Shown here in pieces: positions 27,047-33,069 of a stretch of DNA of 64,000 bases. Below the pieces are notes generated by a model, which did not search any database, was not told the origin of the DNA, and worked only from the letters and a program-made list of their open reading frames with translations. Made by a program: the position numbers and the translations under genes. This DNA comes from Candidatus Nanosyncoccus sp. (GTDB lineage Bacteria > Patescibacteriota > Saccharimonadia > Saccharimonadales > Saccharimonadaceae). Location: NCBI GenBank assembly GCA_045638045.1, contig JAZUAP010000007.1:5907-69906 (forward strand), in the 5' to 3' direction. The stretch's first letter is position 1, and each line of letters starts with the position of its first letter.

Positions 27047-28564
27047 ATGAATGAAAATCCGGGGGAGATGCCAAATCCCTTGAATCCAAATAACGATCCG
27101 CTCGATGCCAATCCGGCAGAATCTCAGCCACTCGAAGAAATTGTGGAGGAGGTACAAGCGGTGAATGTTACTCCAGTAGAGCAACCAATTGATGTTGCTC
27201 CAACAGGTGATCCGGTAGTTGATCCGGTGGTTAACCCAGTGGTTGATCCAACAATTGACCCAACTAATCGCCCGATGGAGAAAGCACCAGTAGCTGAACC
27301 AGTTCAGCCTAAAAAGAAAAAGACTGGCCTAATCGTTGCTGGTATTGTTGCGATTTTAGTAGCAATCGGCTGTGGTGTTGCTGCCGCAATAATGTTTACG
27401 ATGAATAGTGGCGATCCAGTAGTCAAAGCAGTTGAGAAAGTATTTGGTGGTAATATGCCAGCTTATGCATCAATCGATGGAGATATTACCGTCACACCAA
27501 ATGACAATTCGTTTGTTTCTAATTTGAAAATATCGTTGAAGTCAGATACATCGACTACATCAATGCTTAATTCAACTAACGTTAAAGTTACAGCAAATCT
27601 TGCTAATGATGATAGCGTTAGTTTTGATGTTGATGAGATGTATGGTTCGAATGGTGATTTGTATTTGAAGCTGAGTAACGTAGCTGATGCGTTGAAAGCA
27701 TTAGCTGGAAGCATTTCCAATAATACAAATAGCCTAAATAACATGGCCTGTATCGAAGATGAAAATGGCGAAACAGTTTGTGACAGTGAATATGTTGAAA
27801 CAATCGACTGTGAAACTGCAGAAGATTGCGCGTCGCTTGATACGACAAACAGTGTCAATTCGTTGAATGATTCTAGTTTTCTTGGTGCGCTAGGTGAGTT
27901 CGGTAGTGTAATTGAACTAATTGACGGCACGTGGCTAAAGATTTCTGTAGATGAATTGAATAACTTGACTGGTAGCGGTATGATTGATGCTGGCAGTGGT
28001 GGTTCAAGTTGTATTATTGGCGTAATGGCAAATTACAAAGATTATAGTAATAGTATGGTTGAAATATATAACAAAAACCCATTTATTTCATCTACTACTG
28101 ACGGAGTAACTCTTGCAAGTAAGAGTGGTCAACCAGTACGTAAGATTGTTCTCGACGACAAGAACTACAGTAGTTTCGCAAACTCAATGAAAAATTCAAC
28201 TTTTGTGAAAGATTTGCAAGCTTGTGGTAATGAAGGAGCAGACGTTCAAATAAACGATGCGGTTTCACTTAGCAATATACCTACTATTTACGCTGAAGTG
28301 GATAATGATTACAACTTTTCACGTCTCACATTTGATATGCCAATCAAAAACACTTCTTCTTGCGTTTGCGATGAAGAAGTCGATTGTACCTGCGATGATG
28401 AAATTGTGGCTAACATGAATATTGACTTAAGCTTTTCTTATCCAAGCACTATCAACGTAGCTGAACCAACTCAATACACTGATTTATCTACTTTGATGCA
28501 ACAGATGCTCCGCAATATGTATTCGACATCTGGTGGCAGCTCTAGTGTGATTATCAACCAGTAA
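27047..28564 (+). CDS. Hypothetical membrane-anchored protein
   Basis: 505 aa. Pro-rich N-terminus with DPVVDPVVNPVVDPTIDPT repeats. TM helix GLIVAGIVAILVAIGCGVAAAIMF. Large Ser/Asn/Asp-rich ectodomain with an acidic Cys cluster (SSCVCDEEVDCTCDDE). TGtTATAAT plus SD AAGGAG. Confidence 0.6.
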   Translation: MNENPGEMPNPLNPNNDPLDANPAESQPLEEIVEEVQAVNVTPVEQPIDVAPTGDPVVDPVVNPVVDPTIDPTNRPMEKAPVAEPVQPKKKKTGLIVAGIVAILVAIGCGVAAAIMFTMNSGDPVVKAVEKVFGGNMPAYASIDGDITVTPNDNSFVSNLKISLKSDTSTTSMLNSTNVKVTANLANDDSVSFDVDEMYGSNGDLYLKLSNVADALKALAGSISNNTNSLNNMACIEDENGETVCDSEYVETIDCETAEDCASLDTTNSVNSLNDSSFLGALGEFGSVIELIDGTWLKISVDELNNLTGSGMIDAGSGGSSCIIGVMANYKDYSNSMVEIYNKNPFISSTTDGVTLASKSGQPVRKIVLDDKNYSSFANSMKNSTFVKDLQACGNEGADVQINDAVSLSNIPTIYAEVDNDYNFSRLTFDMPIKNTSSCVCDEEVDCTCDDEIVANMNIDLSFSYPSTINVAEPTQYTDLSTLMQQMLRNMYSTSGGSSSVIINQ

Positions 28565-28572
28565 ACAGTGGT

Positions 28573-28601
28573 TTGACTAATTAGCGTAAGTATGATATAA
28601 T
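28573..28601 (+). promoter_or_regulatory. Promoter giving a leaderless uvrC mRNA
   Basis: TTGACT (28573..28578), 17 nt spacer, TGaTATAAT (TATAAT 28596..28601). The ATG at 28608 is only 6 nt downstream and there is no SD. Confidence 0.7.
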
Positions 28602-28607
28602 TGTAAT

Positions 28608-29954
28608 ATGGACGAGCGTTTGAAAGAGAAACTTAGTAAACTCCCGGCCCAGCCGGGGGTTTATTTTCATAAAAACGCTGATGGTGAGGTAATATATGTT
28701 GGAAAAGCAGCGGTTTTAAAAAATCGCGTTAGGCAATATTTCCAGAAAAATAAAAAGGACGTTAAGACTGAGGCTTTGGTGCGTGAAATACATGATACTG
28801 ACTGGATTGTGGTAGATACGGAAATGGATGCACTGTTTTTAGAATCGGAAATGATTAAACGTTATAAGCCGAAATGGAATATACTTCTTCGCGACGACAA
28901 AACAGTTTCTTTTGTCAGAATTACGATGAAGGATGAAGTCCCATATGTGTCGTTTACACGAACACCGATGGATGATAAGGCAACTTATATTGGGCCATTT
29001 TATGGAAAAGTGACGGTGGAACGAGCTTTGAGGAATTTGAGAAGAATTTTTCCATATTATACACGGCCTTATTCAGGGCGAAAAACTCTTGATACTGATC
29101 TTGGGCTGACACCAGGTATTGAAATTGATAAATGTACACCAGCAGATTATAAAAGAAATCTTAGAAAACTGATTCGTTACCTTGAGGGTGACAAAGAAAA
29201 GCTACTAAAAGACCTCGAAAAATCGATGAAAAAGGAAGCTCGGGCGGGGAATTACGAACTCGCAGCCGAGGCGCGTGATCAATTGTTTGGCCTTAGAGAA
29301 TTGAAGCGGAAGATTGTGTTTTCAGATAAGGAGTTTTTAGATATTTCGTCGGACAAAGCATTGGCTGAGTTGCAGGAGTTGTTAGGGCTTGAAAAGCCAC
29401 CACGCCGAATTGAGGGGTATGATATTTCGCATCAGTCGGGTGAGAATACAGTTGGAAGTATGGTGGTATTTATTAATGGCGCATCTGCGCGGGATGAATA
29501 TAGAAAGTTCAAAATCCGCACTTCTAAAAATGATGATTTAAAAAGCATGAAAGAAGTGATTACTAGAAGATTAAAACACCCCGAATGGGACTTTCCGGAT
29601 TTGATTATACTTGATGGCGGGATCACACAAGTGAATGCAATTTTGCCGTTAGTAGAACCTTATAGTATACCGGTGATTGGACGCGACAAGTCGGGTGATC
29701 ATTCGAAAAGTGCAAAAGTATGCTTGGTAATTCCAGAATATCCCGGACTGAGGGGATTTCGGAGCGCGGCAGCGCGAGAATTAGCGCGCTCGCCCCGTGG
29801 CGACGGGCGCGAGCGGCGCGACCCGAAGCCGGGATATTTGGAATTACCGTCTAGCTCTCACATTTCACGATTGATTGCCCGAATTGACGAGGAAGCGCAT
29901 CGATTTGCAATAACTTATCATTCTTTACTGAAACGAAAAAGTATGCTAAAATAA
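28608..29954 (+). CDS. uvrC: Excinuclease ABC subunit C, short form (no C-terminal HhH domain) carrying a 34-codon GC-rich insertion
   Basis: 448 aa. GIY-YIG domain (PGVYFHKNADGEVIYVGKA), UVR domain (ELAAEARDQL), endonuclease domain (IEGYDISH, ILDGG, DEEAHRFAI). The ORF ends about 15 aa after DEEAHRFAI. Confidence 0.9.
   Translation: MDERLKEKLSKLPAQPGVYFHKNADGEVIYVGKAAVLKNRVRQYFQKNKKDVKTEALVREIHDTDWIVVDTEMDALFLESEMIKRYKPKWNILLRDDKTVSFVRITMKDEVPYVSFTRTPMDDKATYIGPFYGKVTVERALRNLRRIFPYYTRPYSGRKTLDTDLGLTPGIEIDKCTPADYKRNLRKLIRYLEGDKEKLLKDLEKSMKKEARAGNYELAAEARDQLFGLRELKRKIVFSDKEFLDISSDKALAELQELLGLEKPPRRIEGYDISHQSGENTVGSMVVFINGASARDEYRKFKIRTSKNDDLKSMKEVITRRLKHPEWDFPDLIILDGGITQVNAILPLVEPYSIPVIGRDKSGDHSKSAKVCLVIPEYPGLRGFRSAAARELARSPRGDGRERRDPKPGYLELPSSSHISRLIARIDEEAHRFAITYHSLLKRKSMLK
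29737..29838. repeat. GC-rich palindromic repeat element, copy 2 (in frame inside uvrC)
   Basis: 102 nt (34 codons) bounded by aatatcccgg / ccgggatatt. Core gcgcgagaattagcgcgctcgccccgtggcgacgggcgcgagcggcgcgacccg. Translated as GLRGFRSAAARELARSPRGDGRERRDPKPG. Confidence 0.8.
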
Positions 29955-29973
29955 ACTTACAAGGAGTTATTTT

Positions 29974-30198
29974 ATGCAAATCGGAAGTTTTCTAGAAGTT
30001 ACTACATTTGTATCAGCGGCTTTAACTATTATTTTGATTTTGTTACAACAACGCGGAGCATCACTTGGTGCTGGTTTCGGTAGTTCTGGTGAGCTTTATA
30101 CTACTCGCAGAGGACTGGAAAAATCCCTATTTATTACCACAATTGTATTTGCGATTATTTTCGTATGCTCAATTTTAGGACTATTAATAATACCATAG
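29974..30198 (+). CDS. secG: Preprotein translocase subunit SecG
   Basis: 74 aa with two TM helices flanking LLQQRGASLGAGFGSSGE, the typical SecG pattern. Confidence 0.7.
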   Translation: MQIGSFLEVTTFVSAALTIILILLQQRGASLGAGFGSSGELYTTRRGLEKSLFITTIVFAIIFVCSILGLLIIP

Positions 30199-30205
30199 TA
30201 AAGTT

Positions 30206-31936
30206 ATGAAAAACTCTATTCAAAAGCGTGGGCAAAAATTTATCAGAAGATTTTCTAGAGCTTCGGTAAAAGCCAGCGAGGAAAGCCGTGAACACATCAA
30301 GGAAAATTTGGTGGATCGTTTTTCTCACATCGCCAACATTCGGCTTTTGATTGTTGAATGGTCACTTTTGGTGTCTGCTCTCATTATGCTTGCTGTTACG
30401 CAGGCTTTCTGGTTTGGTGAGTCGTACGCCGAGAATGTGTTTGTGGACGGAGGAACTTATACGGAAGCTACACTTGGTGAAGTTAAGTCAATGAACCCTT
30501 TATTTGCGACAACAAGTAGTGAAAAAGCATTAAGCCGATTGATGTTTGCGACAATTTCGACGATGGATTTTTCTGGAAATGCTGGGGCAGGGCTTGCTGA
30601 ATCAATTCGAGCGGATGAAACGGGGAAGATTTGGACGGTAAAACTACGCAGTGATTTGAAATGGTCGGACGGAGAGCCAATTACAACGGATGATGTTCTT
30701 TTTACAGTAGAATTAATCAAAAACCCGGTAGTGAATTCAATCTATGATTCTAATCTTTCTAATGTAAAAGTGGAGAAAAACGAAGCTGGAGAGTTGGTAT
30801 TTACACTGCCAGTGAGCTATGCTGATTTTATCACGGCGCTTAATTTTCCGGTACTGCCAAAACACGTATTAAATGATGCCGATCCGAAGACTCTAATTGA
30901 GAATAGTTTTTCAAATTCGCCAGTAACGAGTGGAGCATTTAATTATAATGCTACACAGATTTCAGCCAATGATGAAAAAGTATATTATTTGTCAGCAAAT
31001 CCGTATTATTATAAAGGAAAAATGTTGCTTAGTAGTTTTGCGATACATACTTTTAATACTAAGGACGAAATCGTACAAGCAATCAATTCTAATTCCGTAA
31101 CCGGAACGGCAGAGCTGACTGAGGCAGAAGCTGACAAAATTACTTCAGGGCAGTTTAATACCAAGAGTTCTAGTTTGAATTCTGGGGCGTTTATTTTCTT
31201 TAATACTTCACATGATGCAGTGAAAAATGTTGAAATGCGTTCAGCGATTAGGCAGGGAATTGACATGGGAAAAATCCGTGGTGAAGCTCCAGAAACTGTA
31301 ACATTAGATTTTCCGTTACTTAAATCACAGATTGAACTAAATAATTATCCAACAATTCCAGAAAGAAATGTTGAAGAATCCAAAGCAAAAATTGCCGAGA
31401 TTTCTGGTGAAGGGAAGTTACATCTTGAAATTGCGACGGTTAATTCGGGATATTTACCAAAGGTAACCGAAGCAATCAAATCGGAGCTTGAAGAGTTAGG
31501 TTTTGATGTAAATGTGACAGTTTATGAGGAAAATCAAGAATTTATTAATAGCGTGATATCAAAACGGAGTTATGATGTTTTAGTTTATGAAGTTGAACTT
31601 GGCACCGATCCAGATTTGTTTCCTTATTATCATTCTACACAGGCAAATGGTTCGGGACTTAATTTATCTAACTTTCGTAATGTGATTGTAGATGATTTGA
31701 TTTTGGGAGCGAGAGATGCGATGAATGATGAGGTTAGAATTAAAAAATATGAGATGTTCCTAGATTATTGGATGAATGGTGTACCAGCGATTGGAATATA
31801 CCAGCCTAATTTGACTTATTATTATAATAAAAACGCTCGAACATTTAATGATGTGCGTTTAGTGACTGCGCTTGATAGATTTGTCGATATTGATGAATGG
31901 GCGGTAAATAAGGGAACCAAGAACAAAACGCCTTAG
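30206..31936 (+). CDS. Family-5 (peptide/nickel-type) ABC substrate-binding protein, membrane anchored, orphan
   Basis: 576 aa. N-terminal TM helix. SBP_bac_5 pattern (LKWSDGEPITTDDVLFTVELIKNP). No permease or ATPase genes are adjacent. Confidence 0.7.
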   Translation: MKNSIQKRGQKFIRRFSRASVKASEESREHIKENLVDRFSHIANIRLLIVEWSLLVSALIMLAVTQAFWFGESYAENVFVDGGTYTEATLGEVKSMNPLFATTSSEKALSRLMFATISTMDFSGNAGAGLAESIRADETGKIWTVKLRSDLKWSDGEPITTDDVLFTVELIKNPVVNSIYDSNLSNVKVEKNEAGELVFTLPVSYADFITALNFPVLPKHVLNDADPKTLIENSFSNSPVTSGAFNYNATQISANDEKVYYLSANPYYYKGKMLLSSFAIHTFNTKDEIVQAINSNSVTGTAELTEAEADKITSGQFNTKSSSLNSGAFIFFNTSHDAVKNVEMRSAIRQGIDMGKIRGEAPETVTLDFPLLKSQIELNNYPTIPERNVEESKAKIAEISGEGKLHLEIATVNSGYLPKVTEAIKSELEELGFDVNVTVYEENQEFINSVISKRSYDVLVYEVELGTDPDLFPYYHSTQANGSGLNLSNFRNVIVDDLILGARDAMNDEVRIKKYEMFLDYWMNGVPAIGIYQPNLTYYYNKNARTFNDVRLVTALDRFVDIDEWAVNKGTKNKTP

Positions 31937-31968
31937 TTTTGATTAAAATGTGATATAATATATTATAT

Positions 31969-32059
31969 GCGCGCGTGGTGGAATTGGTAGACACGCTACC
32001 TTGAGGTGGTAGTGGCCACAATCACGGCTGTGCTGGTTCAAGTCCAGTCGCGCGCACCA
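31969..32059 (+). tRNA. tRNA-Leu (anticodon GAG), CCA encoded, unusually long variable arm
   Basis: Acceptor stem gcgcgcg/cgcgcgc. GGAATTGGTAGAC D-loop. Anticodon arm ctacc-TTGAGGT-ggtag. ~19-nt variable arm. T-arm gctgg-TTCAAGT-ccagt. 3' ACCA. TGaTATAAT (-10 at 31954..31959) ends 9 nt before the mature 5' end. Confidence 0.85.
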
Positions 32060-32216
32060 AAAATATAATTTTGCTGGAGTGTCATTTGACAATCAAAAAA
32101 GCCCCAATTTACAGGGGTCTTTTGTTATTTTTGGAGTGTTCCTAGTCAGCGAAAACGTTGTCTGGAATGACGCTTTTTTGCTATTTTTTCAGCTGTTCGC
32201 AGATGGTGTGCATATA

Positions 32217-32302
32217 CTGCCACCGATGCGACAGCTTAAAAACGCAATATGCCACCGATGCGACACCTTAAAAACGCAACATGCCACCGATGCGACACCT
32301 TA
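32217..32302. repeat. Three head-to-tail direct repeats of 32 bp (third copy truncated)
   Basis: ctgccaccgatgcgacagcttaaaaacgcaat / atgccaccgatgcgacaccttaaaaacgcaac / atgccaccgatgcgacacctta. No spacers between copies. Confidence 0.85.
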
Positions 32303-32366
32303 TAGTGATCTTTACACACACTAACGACGATACGATACTATGATTCTAAACGGTGAAATCATTATC

Positions 32367-33064
32367 TTAATTCATATAATCAATTACAAATTTTACGTTT
32401 TTGGGGAGACTTTGTGAGGGTCCTCTTTTAGGTAATCGTGAGCGAAAATTTTTTTTAGAAAGTCTGTTTCTTTTTCTAAGTATTGTATTTGTTGTTCTAG
32501 TTTCCCAATCATATGGATAAGGTCTGCATTAGTTTGGAGCTGAGTGTGTCCACTGCCTTTAGTTCCACGATATGGATTCTTACCTTCTAAAGCGAGGTTC
32601 TCTCTGCCGGGAAAAGCATTCTTTACATTACCATAGTAAGTTCTAAGAGAAGAGACTCTGGTTTCGCCGAGTATTTTAGGATCTATACCTTGTTCTCGTA
32701 AGATTTCAGTGGATGAACGACCTTTGGCATATTCTTTACAGAAGTAATTCTTGAAGGTCTGAGTATAGTGGACTTGGCGTGGTGTGACTTTAATTATATT
32801 TGGATTCTTGCTTAATATGCTGATTTGTTCTTCTGTGAGATAACTCTGTTTACCGCGATAGGCTTTAAGTTGTTCCTTTGGCTTTGGTTTTGTCATATAT
32901 AAACTCCCGTTGTAAACTTACCGCCATTATAACTATTGGTGGTAAATTCACCAAACATGAGCAGAAACAAAGTGTCTACTTTTTGGGGTGCATCGTACCG
33001 GGAGAGGTGTCTACTTTTTGGGATACAGTTAGAAAATAGTGTCTACTTTTAAGGGGACAGTTCA
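32367..33064 (-). mobile_element. Truncated IS3-family insertion sequence (left end + orfA + 27-codon orfB stub)
   Basis: Three tandem IR-like copies start at 32972, 33007 and 33039 (plus strand gtgtctacttttt/aa-gggg). The outermost, read on minus, is TGAACTGTCCCCTTAAAAGTAGACAC (33064..33039). The -1 frame after the A8 run stays open 27 codons and then stops (32367). No DDE transposase gene follows. The outer end lies 5 nt from the stop of the 991-aa gene. Confidence 0.6.
32393..32896 (-). CDS. IS3-family OrfA-like HTH transposase subunit (solo; orfB missing)
   Basis: 167 aa. The pattern YLTEEQISILSKNPNI..V....V.YT..FK......Y.KG.S...I....GIDP.ILG matches the HTH-type OrfA of IS3/IS150-group elements. 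C-terminal leucine zipper LEQQIQYLEKETDFLKKI. An A8 slippery run (32449..32456) sits at the usual -1 frameshift position. Confidence 0.7.
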   Translation of the reverse strand: MTKPKPKEQLKAYRGKQSYLTEEQISILSKNPNIIKVTPRQVHYTQTFKNYFCKEYAKGRSSTEILREQGIDPKILGETRVSSLRTYYGNVKNAFPGRENLALEGKNPYRGTKGSGHTQLQTNADLIHMIGKLEQQIQYLEKETDFLKKIFAHDYLKEDPHKVSPKT

Positions 33065-33069
33065 GTAGA

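Noticed and set aside
32217-32302. Possible miniature CRISPR array
   Set aside because: The repeats are contiguous with no spacers, there are only 2.7 copies, the unit has no palindromic core typical of CRISPR repeats, and there are no cas genes in the window.
32079-32324. 81-aa ORF downstream of tRNA-Leu(GAG)
   Set aside because: It is built largely from the three 32-bp direct repeats (hence the repeated CHRCDT peptide) and starts in the tRNA terminator region. It has no translation signals.
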